Assembly (NCBI GenBank): GCA_965250085.1
Contig: OZ252287.1
Location: forward strand, 160,001 to 224,000
Reading direction: 5' to 3'
Length of the DNA: 64,000 nt
Origin: Candidatus Altimarinota bacterium
Lineage (GTDB): Bacteria; Patescibacteriota; Gracilibacteria; CAIRYL01
The position numbers and the translations under genes were made by a program. Of the stretch, positions 49,501 through 55,797 are shown piece by piece. The notes beneath the pieces were generated by a model. The model saw only the letters and a list, made by a program, of their open reading frames with translations. It was not told where the DNA came from and ran no database searches. Numbering within the stretch: the first letter of the stretch is position 1; the number at the start of each line of letters is the position of its first letter.

Positions 49501-50057
49501 TCATATTCTGCATCTACGCTACAGACTCGTTTTTCAAATATGCCAAGCTCTTCAAAACTCTGTATCCAACACACGACAGAAGGGATCCATTCCCAGATAT
49601 CCACTCCATCCAATGGTGCACACTCCCCTCTTAAAGGAGGACTCTGTTCTTCATTTTCTCTCGCATCAGTTACAGAATTCTGAATCGAATCCAGCACTAT
49701 TTGATTCCATTCCAAATCACTCTCAGTTTTATCCGGCCCTTTCCAAGAGAGTGTGTTTTCTTCTCCATCAGATCGGAAGTATGCCAAAGCGTATCCTTTC
49801 TCCTTTGCTCCTGGGAGGAATTGATTTTCTGCATCAAAGAACAAACGCACCACCTCTGTATGCTTTTCATGTATATTTAATGTTTTCCAATTGAGCAAGG
49901 TTCTCAGGAGATCTGAATCAATTGAAACTATTTTTTTCTGCAAAAATCCATTTTCCGGAAGCTCTAACGCTGGGAATAGCATCACCTCTACTTCTGCTCC
50001 GAGTGGGATAAAAAGCTCTATTTCTCGTTCAAAAAAGTCAAAAACATTCTTTTCCAT
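40530..50057 (-). CDS. giant surface protein, C-terminal part (Ig-like, FG-GAP/VCBS, DUF11-like, Ca-binding DxDxDG, Cys/Pro-rich core, PKD-like, 3x SLH, acidic TSP3-like tail)
   Basis: DLDGDGYSDL, DIDRDGDEDL, DADHNGIPD; SLH motifs GYADSTFRPDQQITRAE, GYGDGQFKPVNNISRAE, PEQPITRAE; no N-terminal signal peptide. Confidence 0.88.
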   Translation of the reverse strand: MEKNVFDFFEREIELFIPLGAEVEVMLFPALELPENGFLQKKIVSIDSDLLRTLLNWKTLNIHEKHTEVVRLFFDAENQFLPGAKEKGYALAYFRSDGEENTLSWKGPDKTESDLEWNQIVLDSIQNSVTDARENEEQSPPLRGECAPLDGVDIWEWIPSVVCWIQSFEELGIFEKRVCSVDAEYDALSAQPFRDRRTGDLVEPLSREDPVGIRLTTSDLVLSPGMKSHLSGDIVDANGVKTAAGGIEITVSLHGAGELLVADINPDAAGIQIFVVSGSFEVPFQATQTGKITLTATSEVVGTQEISVSVVSELKLNLELSDEEPQQNKGVTLFTVDISVQGEEGNEIGNNGEVTVAISDPTKAILSNTRYTLKEGKATLPVGVRRGPVTLSATMPYAQSAKLLLGENGGATEIAEILFLNPPETLSLNSPTRIDLALRLASGDVVSAPEDFPEDLSVTVHSSTQSLAQAQKEGNQVVITPSGDTGTLRIIAEYKNTTTPLELSFGSAITAEGFAVIRPNALMTQFFGTPTAHPLHSNLAQDMIFSGKTLSFTGLTQSATSSAQRASIGENGDVHIIDETVVATLSSLDPLSITLLDGITFKTLSEFELLPPANGVLTTKGFAPGENGVLFSSLDTADVLTTSGDNKNIEIFLDGRKIMSVDAHLSFQIFDNRFSLKVLQDENKNLQLGLMLDHTKHVGQFVIKGAKILPQNGESSAGHIFFDETEEVLLYEGASDAVSQDVGGVGWEQEAIANLLIAGGQNIGNAMKHMTTPLLMTWGDPTLSLKPPAVGSTGFDNTVGTEVHFSPFFDFQSLDDAEIDGDELSDIVLQKGSETAEFLLASTEGAFRNWGEGLELTKGIDQILSSDSNDNFSDLLVETNDDHIVVHNEKGVLSIQETLEDKVHSALLEDLDGDGYSDLVAHTLSGELQIRYGTRNGELEDPVRLDVVGGTLSDEGISDTLLISGLDIPEGVFTEEFLIPSDTKPSQSEVAEVLSAQAAGNPSGSNLWAAELTDGIQNSNTFDSGSISYHNSNIGETALFTALSNIPARGIQKTLHDVNGNTLQKNDRVQVTLTVSSQSSELHLRDMILAGMEYDPQSLACTGCTEEMIIIPPSSREGLVLQVWNIPAEASIQITYDLILTDVPEGQFILEHISEEGFPNDEIVDISFFFPNSEDQEILSFISTGKRSYTKHIREQEEPETPDFLPDITDADHNGIPDTFETDSDADGISDHIQGIQDGWSADENENGIADYFDDGISFQEGILTVGTDGSEFGEHLDTLDRKLGKALDVVNNATCQGGGCLALPINYAFLVPGPVNISQALVNAATQTLQGGLKPIQDFQSILNSTGGAGLASRIGNLENQLNQTLGKLANGEGAKGPNEPFVAPVFGFTKTPPKFVCFGPECIKDKTSYFRFYISPTLNGGTGIALCNGLYSVGKCFATGVPILDSVTNICKEINESIQNVLSKADKAISSVGGNVAFVVDGSTQGNIPTSGRIGVDYEIGTVRFNTSSGRNAVPQPGPGLFDRWVSAQIGEIKKAFEMPTFTLVYPDFTGASLREDQEERVPPAEPPEAQKEEGAQSAYDTLDLIQDGTEKINQKIESVEQMYSFLKSIPLLDVEEETFSIQVPHIPRSEMSRIVDDMSSWKEHAINEIADWKEFIAHWECEEGISEEECSKAKQAWQKMQERVDTAYQGTLNSIDRNLEILEEYTNFRNIVSHFDEELAKYINGLICYVDAITDLMSGWFQTNLNRVKSWILFFETAKEIKKQWEDLIKAIDNPTKNCSACKAEKFTTANSVFEGVLGLLPTPPVLTFPSLPDIVLDISQIKASIEVSVPRLRFFPVEVPFPKLPRLKLPRVPTVTLVLPEVPLLPQLPPLPELPPFPDVSIPELPTVPPPPKLPKVTADISKIMRVTSKLLELYCLFVKKGLFIYPEQGLKPIIETLTNRPASVLLDMDFLNLSFPSVNIPGIDEIRVHTQVNFTLSFESVLEVVGTQVDKWNGLVFEKRKELLKVMNEHFDFGDILDFRHTLPEDIRIQPLPGERGGDDLPPRTPLPSDPVDSLEKPNQSIEPISQEMIKQFALLQKLSQQTGEISVEEAAEHFGIAEPSRFVPFRTTPSYVYLQNLRTALLDREEQYRERSRNLLARDDISILFEEERSRKTKSERIASLSEIPKKHVAQLVPPPQTPSLSSNSSSQSVHNSAPAGEYQRRGVFVYDHERKSAQKVVAYDDFANSVRDMRFVDIDRDGDEDLLLLTAERVLVKENRTFEKPKLPVPFDPEIGSLSSFTPEIDAVKNISLQMNGSQVSLSFAERDAPRIAGVEIILTNALTGHVRDTGSKTKYVLLLKEEHLPTGAERDVFLSGPRSQYVLKEEMNIERDEEIMISELIVPFTEFDLEEGFWTIKMRYLMADGKTGTLSEGHLAASIAQNDDSSPLFVGESTKRIPIFTTENISAEGIFDFESSLSFAWDLDRDGVTDAQGYEVQVGPFDEPQTKGILLTATDEGGNATEVPLLLEVFAPDVILTEADLAQKKITGRVSPPLKDIPISLLRNRFDTWKMIKTSSADQSGRYMTDQKGTFTVPDLSLSSDAVIKDTAGKIIGRVSASTGQIILEAPGYRLEVFPGDGTYFPRVAIVSSDGRIASSVFLIANDRSDVYLSLFEFTKGSVGRLSGVSVFDRDIQDQIEFGNLPADASVFAGGGIIFDANEQKTLAMISKEGDIRFTQNDMNLRLKTVQDPASEPLVLEVLRNNDVVFDIFITTNFQDIVLHQGEDLTAKSSRLAVKQDVSKFASSHQDPAEIITTTLEFPFSDLNAEHPYADAIFELYTRNILEGYADSTFRPDQQITRAEFVKIVLGATACADCTNPSTAEIDRFFEPFPFPDVSFEQWYAFCVSKAKKLGMIEGYGDGQFKPVNNISRAEAVAILLRSAEVSLEETSDVSDTLRDVPDDAWYSPYVLTGINLGLIPVRDGGFVLPEQPITRAEFAFMAKKILDVADCREKDTDGDGLMDFEEIDVGLDETDPNDADEDADADGVSNADEIAAGTNPFGDDADDDTQDGDSSEGDADDTSSTDETDTDTNTSDTGTDSDLSGDSNGDGDGDTDGKKDVCPFLPTDLDDARGCPIIPEAELLSPGVHIFPGDPALCGLLDFVSDIRAGDLIKAAILNTENTVIFSESTPLSF

Positions 50058-52198
50058 TGGCCAGTAATGCCATTAGAAACTGGTGTGAAGTGGCGATTAA
50101 ATATCGCTTCTGCTTGGCCTTTAACACTTTCTGAAGCGCTTCGTACGGCTTGTATCCATGTAGCAGAGATTTCGTCTTGTTCTGGATATTCTTCTCTCAA
50201 GACGTGCTCAATATCAGTAATATATGAGCTAAAAATGTTCAAAAATTCTTCCGGCAGAAGATTTACATCTATTGGTCGACTCAAGTCATGTTGTCCGGTT
50301 CTGACAAATAAATACTGCGCAAAATTTAAAAGTGCATCAGTGATCATTTTTTTCTCCAGCACACTCTCTTTTGATTCTATAAATGAAAGAAATGTAGAAA
50401 AAATATCCTCGGGAGTTTTTGGATCAAAATCAAAAGAACTGAGGAAATCAACTTTTTCCAATTGTCCTGACATATTCATAAAGTTCACAAATCGCTGAGC
50501 ATCACTGGGGATGTGTCCTCCAGAGATGTTCTCCAGCGCATTCTGAATATGCTCTGCGCGAGGAGCATCGTGTATCACCATGCTTGAAATTGCTGTATAC
50601 CTTATATCTTTCCAATCGCTCTGAGAACTGTTTGCCAGCAAGAATCCTTCAGAGTTGCAATTCAGAAAACTAGATCCCCTCCTTTTTATTTGAGGAGTAT
50701 TCCCTCCCCAGGAAAATACGCTCTCCTCCGCTTCACCAGGAACACATTGATTGGGAGCAGAAAGGTTTTGAATACAACATTCTCCATACGGATCGCATTG
50801 CTCGGATGCGGTTCCAGCAGTATTGGGATCATAAAGTCTATTATATTCCACCATTTGAGAAGCGGGATATTCTTCTGTAGGATTGGAGCCTTTCAAAAGA
50901 GAACAGTCTTCCGCCGTTTCAAAAGAACTCACAAGTCTTCCATTGATTTTGTTAAGAAGAAGCGTGTCAGTAGGAAAATCTGAAAGAGTAACGCTTTCGA
51001 TGACATCTACCGGTTTCTGCCACGAACGTACTACCTGAAGAGTTTGTTCTTCCAAAATTGTATTTATTTCTTTGAACGCTTCTCTCGTCAGAATATCCAG
51101 AGTGGTTATCAGTTTTGGCACGGTGTCCACTTGGCTTTCACTCCATCTCCCAGAGTTTGTAACTCGCTCTTGCAATTCACTGGAAGTAGAAGGAATCGCT
51201 TGCAGATATTCTGGCAGTATTTGACGAATCTGTTGGCGCGTATGAATATCTGGAATGAAGAATTCATCATTCTCCTGACTCTCCAGTCCTTCCGGCAAGC
51301 CATCATCTTCATCAATCAGTCCATCACCATCATTATCTTCTAAATCAAAAAGGTCTTCATCGATTTTTCCATCATTGTCATCATCAATTCCTTCAGAGTC
51401 ATTAATACTTGAATGTAATTCCTCTTGAAGCTTTTTGAGCAAATTTTTGTTATATCTCTTGTAAGCTATATCCTCTGCATACTCTTGAGTGAGCTCATAC
51501 TGGTCGAGTGAAAAAGAAGAAATACTTCCTTGCTCATCTGTAAAATCCGCATAGAGAACTTCATCATTGTAGGGCGCTTCTCCGTTTTTAAGCGCCTGAT
51601 GATAGGTATGATTACGATCGAAGTATGCAGAAATATCTTCTTCGCTTCCTCTTATGACCCCATGCCATACTTCTGCGGTTATGGAAGACGACTCTTCATT
51701 TGGAGTGAATACCTGCGATTCTTCATTCCAAAGAAATGCTGGGTCTTCAAAGTCAATGTAGGGGAACACAGAAACGAAAGGCAAATTCCCCTGTATTGTA
51801 GGAAGTGGAATATCTCCTATGAGGACAATGCCTTTGAGAAAAGAAACAGTGGCATCTTTTTGATATCCTTCCAGATACATCTTCTCGAGTACTTTGTAGA
51901 GATTGAGCGAATTTTCTTCAGAAGACACGGGGAGCACGAGTGTTTTTGTATTCCCAAGTGCATCTTGTACATCTCGGGCGTACCGATACACTTTTCCCGT
52001 AATGCTTTCTTCACTGTCTTCCTTTCCTGCTGTATACCACTGGGCATCCGCAAATATTACTACGAGGTCATACTCTGCATCAGCCCCCTGACTCTTCACA
52101 TTGTCAAACTGCCATGAGTGAGGAAAAATCAGCACGGTAATCAGCAGAGCCGCCACAAATTTCTTAAAAGCCGAAAATGCTGTTTGTTTCTGTATCAA
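50018..52198 (-). CDS. giant surface protein, N-terminal part (signal peptide, C25/gingipain-like N-domain, DNDGDGLIDED repeats)
   Basis: KKFVAALLITVLIF signal; LKGIVLIGDIPLP..PYIDF..EVWHGVI; overlaps next ORF by 40 nt in -1 frame. Confidence 0.8.
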   Translation of the reverse strand: MIQKQTAFSAFKKFVAALLITVLIFPHSWQFDNVKSQGADAEYDLVVIFADAQWYTAGKEDSEESITGKVYRYARDVQDALGNTKTLVLPVSSEENSLNLYKVLEKMYLEGYQKDATVSFLKGIVLIGDIPLPTIQGNLPFVSVFPYIDFEDPAFLWNEESQVFTPNEESSSITAEVWHGVIRGSEEDISAYFDRNHTYHQALKNGEAPYNDEVLYADFTDEQGSISSFSLDQYELTQEYAEDIAYKRYNKNLLKKLQEELHSSINDSEGIDDDNDGKIDEDLFDLEDNDGDGLIDEDDGLPEGLESQENDEFFIPDIHTRQQIRQILPEYLQAIPSTSSELQERVTNSGRWSESQVDTVPKLITTLDILTREAFKEINTILEEQTLQVVRSWQKPVDVIESVTLSDFPTDTLLLNKINGRLVSSFETAEDCSLLKGSNPTEEYPASQMVEYNRLYDPNTAGTASEQCDPYGECCIQNLSAPNQCVPGEAEESVFSWGGNTPQIKRRGSSFLNCNSEGFLLANSSQSDWKDIRYTAISSMVIHDAPRAEHIQNALENISGGHIPSDAQRFVNFMNMSGQLEKVDFLSSFDFDPKTPEDIFSTFLSFIESKESVLEKKMITDALLNFAQYLFVRTGQHDLSRPIDVNLLPEEFLNIFSSYITDIEHVLREEYPEQDEISATWIQAVRSASESVKGQAEAIFNRHFTPVSNGITGQWKRMFLTFLNEK

Positions 52199-52221
52199 TG
52201 TATATTTTTATGCATCCGTAC

Positions 52222-52230
52222 AGTATACCA
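52222..52230 (-). promoter_or_regulatory. extended -10 promoter of giant-protein operon
   Basis: TGgTATACT on minus strand, 6 nt before an ATG at 52215. Confidence 0.55.
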
Positions 52231-52338
52231 AAAATAATACCCTTGAAGAAGGGTTTTACCTCTTTTTAGAGCCAAAAATCACAATTTTTAATTGATAAAA
52301 CACTTAAAAATGTCAAAATATCCATAATTTAAAAAAAT

Positions 52339-53412
52339 TTAGAAGAAATTTGGCAGAAGAAGCTTGCATTTTCCTTTCTCTCCATCTACTGATTTTTCAA
52401 TTTTATTTCTCACAGAAGCTGTTTTCTTCTTGAGAGACCTATATTTTTTACGAAGATTTGTGTCTGTTATTTTGTTATGAAATAAACAATCTGAGAGATT
52501 TGCACTCTGCAGAAAATCAGAAATTTTGGGACGTGATGCAAATGCCAAAAACGGTGTTGCAGAGAGCATACTCAGGATCGCTCCGTGAAGGCGATTGGTT
52601 ACTACAAATTTTGCAGAAGTGATGCTTTTGCGCACTTCATCTAAATCCTTGGCTGTTAACAGGGGTATTCCCCACTCTTCTGCCAAAAAAGCGTCTTTTG
52701 TTTGCTCTGTTTGTAACGGAAGAAGCGAAACTTGTTCTCCATTTTTTTGTAAATATCTTGCAAATTTTCTTATTTCTGCAAGCTCCCGGGGAGCAAAATC
52801 TTCTTTTCTGAGTATAAAGAAGATGCCTTTTTTCTGAACATATGGTTTCTTTTTTTCCGGCAATAAAAAACTAAAGTCTGTGGAGAGATTGATTCTTTGT
52901 TCTGAGACACCCATTTTTTTGAGAATTTTATATGAAGCTTCATCTCTCAGAGAAAAAAATGACACATGGGCAAAGAGTTTTTGCGTTCTCTTCTTCGCAT
53001 GTTCAGAAACAAATGGTCCTAATGAATTACCGGCAAGGAGTATCTTTTTATCCTCTCGAATACATTTTGTGAGATAAGAATTCCAAATTTTGAGAGCCTT
53101 TTTGGGTTGCTCTTGGAAAAGCCCTCCTCCTCCAAAAATCACATAATTGGCTTTTTCTAAAGCTCTATATGCTTTTTTAGAGTCCCCAGTATATGCTCTC
53201 CATATCTTCGAACACACACCTGAGTGCAAATGAGGTGCAGAAGAGACTTTATGATGACTCCTAGTAAATGCAGGCTGGTGAGACATTACTGTCACCTTCC
53301 ATTTCTTTTGGTCAATGCGTTTGAGTAAACCAGCCAAAATGGCCTCATCCCCCCAATTAGGAACCCCATAGTGCCCGATGATAAGGATATTATTATGAGA
53401 GCTATGTTTCAT
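52339..53412 (-). CDS. csaB: polysaccharide pyruvyl transferase (CsaB-like)
   Basis: GHYGVPNWGDEAIL, GGGGLFQ, SLGP, RDEAS, RLHGAI. Confidence 0.85.
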   Translation of the reverse strand: MKHSSHNNILIIGHYGVPNWGDEAILAGLLKRIDQKKWKVTVMSHQPAFTRSHHKVSSAPHLHSGVCSKIWRAYTGDSKKAYRALEKANYVIFGGGGLFQEQPKKALKIWNSYLTKCIREDKKILLAGNSLGPFVSEHAKKRTQKLFAHVSFFSLRDEASYKILKKMGVSEQRINLSTDFSFLLPEKKKPYVQKKGIFFILRKEDFAPRELAEIRKFARYLQKNGEQVSLLPLQTEQTKDAFLAEEWGIPLLTAKDLDEVRKSITSAKFVVTNRLHGAILSMLSATPFLAFASRPKISDFLQSANLSDCLFHNKITDTNLRKKYRSLKKKTASVRNKIEKSVDGEKGKCKLLLPNFF

Positions 53413-53464
53413 CAAAACAGAGTCTTTCACACTTCTTCTCTTGGTTCAACGCCTTCAATATGAA

Positions 53465-54187
53465 CTATTTTTTCTCTTCTGGCTTCTCCTTCTCTTCTTT
53501 TACTTCTGTTTTTTCTTTTGGCGTTTCTGGCTTTTTTTCGGTCTCTTCCTTTTTCACTGCTGCTTTCTTGTCTGTCGAAGCTTCAGCGGAGGCGGATTCT
53601 TCTTTTGATTCCGTCTTTTCTTCAGACTTGTCAGTTTTCTTGTCCTCTGTAGCCTTAGCAGAGGAAGATGCTTCTTCTTTTTGATTTTTTGAAGGTGTTT
53701 CTTGTTCGGCTTTTCCCTCTTCCCCTGATTCTTCAGCTTTCTTTGCTTCCTCTTCTTTTTTATGTTCTACAGCCTCTTCCACCTCTTCCTCCGTGACCTC
53801 ATGTGGAGCCAGAGCAGTGAGCTCAGATTCAGAGAAAAATCTCTCTTGTAAACGAGCGGATTTCCCACTTCTATCTCTCATAAAAAAGATACGCGAACGA
53901 CGAACTTTTGCTTCTTTAATGAGCTCTATCTTTTGAATAAATGGAGAATGCACAGGAAACACTTTCTCTACTCCAGTTCCATCTACAATCCTGCGCACTG
54001 TGACAGATCCAGTGATACCTGCTCCTCCACTTACCTCAATAATGAGTCCCTCAAATATTTGAATACGCTCTTTTCCTCCTTCTTTAATGCGCTGATGTAC
54101 TCGAACGGTTTGTCCAGTTCTAAACTGAGGAAGGTTCTTTTTGACTCCGACTTCCTTTTGGAGATCATGAAGAGTAACGGTTCCCAT
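53465..54187 (-). CDS. rplS: 50S ribosomal protein L19 with long E/K-rich C-terminal extension
   Basis: FRTGQTVRVH..KEGGKERIQIFEG, TVRR, GVEKVFP, VRRSRIFFMR. Confidence 0.95.
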   Translation of the reverse strand: MGTVTLHDLQKEVGVKKNLPQFRTGQTVRVHQRIKEGGKERIQIFEGLIIEVSGGAGITGSVTVRRIVDGTGVEKVFPVHSPFIQKIELIKEAKVRRSRIFFMRDRSGKSARLQERFFSESELTALAPHEVTEEEVEEAVEHKKEEEAKKAEESGEEGKAEQETPSKNQKEEASSSAKATEDKKTDKSEEKTESKEESASAEASTDKKAAVKKEETEKKPETPKEKTEVKEEKEKPEEKK

Positions 54188-54208
54188 TGTGTTTACAAAT
54201 AAAATTTA

Positions 54209-54802
54209 TTATTTTTGTGTCTTTTGGATATCTTTGGAAAGCTTGTTGATAGCGATCACATTTCCTTCATCTTGGAGGAGATGCGTTACAAATTTATCAT
54301 TGCATTCCAGTCGATATAAAAAGTCACTTTTACTCAGCACTGTAAACCGAACTGGCTTGTCGTGCTTAAGATCTTGCGAAGTGTAATGGCTGAGTTTTTC
54401 CTTGTCAACATCTCCTACCACAAAGAGGTCTATGGGAGCAGATTCGTCTCCAATAAAGATTCCTGAAAGAACCAGAAGATCTATTTTACCCATTTTAGAG
54501 ACTTTTTTGACGACTTCTCCCCCAGATGCATCGTCTTTTTGAAAAATGGAAGTAAGTTCTGAATAGATTAAAAAAGTGGGGTCGAGGTAAAAATACTTCT
54601 TTCGATCTCGATTTCGTGCTTTGAGCAGTCCAATACGCTTGAGATTATTGAGTTCCCTTCGTACTGAATTAATTTGCTCATCCAGCATTCGTGTTAACTC
54701 ACGAATAAAATACTCCTGATCAGGATTTAAGAGAAAGGTTTTTAAGAGCTTTATTCGAGTGGTGGAGGAAAAGAGAGATTTGAGTATTCCGTTTGCGGCC
54801 AT
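54209..54802 (-). CDS. winged-helix protein with nucleotidyltransferase-like C-domain
   Basis: LFSSTTRIKLL, YFIRELTR..QINSVRREL wHTH; LSGIF..IDLFVVG. Confidence 0.8.
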   Translation of the reverse strand: MAANGILKSLFSSTTRIKLLKTFLLNPDQEYFIRELTRMLDEQINSVRRELNNLKRIGLLKARNRDRKKYFYLDPTFLIYSELTSIFQKDDASGGEVVKKVSKMGKIDLLVLSGIFIGDESAPIDLFVVGDVDKEKLSHYTSQDLKHDKPVRFTVLSKSDFLYRLECNDKFVTHLLQDEGNVIAINKLSKDIQKTQK

Positions 54803-55028
54803 AATAGAGAATGGTAAAGATTTAGGAAATATCATCAAAATTTATCGTGCACATATTTTATGCATATTTAAATTTTGAATGCAATACTTTTTTTCAAAAA
54901 ATATTATATATTGGCTTTCTTTCATTATATTTGATGTGTATTTTTTTGATTCATGATCACTTTCTCAGATCAAAATGATGTTCATTCTTGTATACATTTT
55001 TTATTCATATAGAAAAAGAATGCTCTAA

Positions 55029-55057
55029 TTGCCTTCTCTTATTTTCTCCTCTATTCT
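55029..55057 (+). promoter_or_regulatory. putative yggS promoter (leaderless)
   Basis: TTGCCT-17 nt-TATTCT ending 6 nt before ATG 55064. Confidence 0.55.
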
Positions 55058-55063
55058 AATAAT

Positions 55064-55720
55064 ATGCGTATTATTACAAATATATCACAGATTCAAGACA
55101 CACTACAAAGATTCCCTCGTTCTTGTTTGTTAGTAGTAACCAAAGGAAGAAGTGCCTCAGAAATACAAAGTGTTCTCGATGCCGGATGCTATCAAATTGG
55201 AGAAAATAGAATACAAGAAATAGAAAAAAAGCAGAGTCCCCTCCTCGCTTCAGCAGATATTCACCTTATTGGTCATCTTCAAACAAATAAAGTGAAAAAG
55301 GCAGTGCAATACTGTGATATCATTCAAAGCATTGACTCCTTTCGCCTTGCAAAAAAGGTGAATGATGAGTCGGGCAAGCAAAAAAAAGTGACCTCTGTTT
55401 TTCTGCAAATAAATATTTCTCGAGAAGAACAGAAGTACGGATTTTTACCAGAAGAAATCTTAGAGATGTATACAAAAATTGATCAATTAAAGCATCTCAA
55501 AATAAAAGGGCTCATGTGTCTCCCTAAATATAGTTTAAAAGCCGAAAAATCAAGAAAATATTTTAAAAAAATGTACGGAATGTATACAAAAATTATTCAA
55601 AAATTTAATCTCGATATTCTTTCTTTTGAGCTCTCCATGGGAACGAGTCATGACTATCGTATTGCTCTTGAGGAGGGTTCTACTTTGATTCGAGTGGGAA
55701 GAGGAATCTTTGAAGAATAA
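55064..55720 (+). CDS. yggS: PLP homeostasis protein YggS family
   Basis: VVTK, GENRIQE, HLIGHLQTNK, GLM, LSMGTSHDY..A..EGST.IRVGR.IF. Confidence 0.93.
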   Translation: MRIITNISQIQDTLQRFPRSCLLVVTKGRSASEIQSVLDAGCYQIGENRIQEIEKKQSPLLASADIHLIGHLQTNKVKKAVQYCDIIQSIDSFRLAKKVNDESGKQKKVTSVFLQINISREEQKYGFLPEEILEMYTKIDQLKHLKIKGLMCLPKYSLKAEKSRKYFKKMYGMYTKIIQKFNLDILSFELSMGTSHDYRIALEEGSTLIRVGRGIFEE

Positions 55721-55797
55721 AATGACTCTCACAATATGTTTGTATGGAAAAATATTACTTTTTCCAGTATAATGACAGGAAATAAAAACAAAAAAAC

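Noticed and set aside
49623-49640. Second in-frame REP-like palindrome (SPPLRGE) in the giant gene
   Set aside because: Stem is short and imperfect; cannot distinguish from chance
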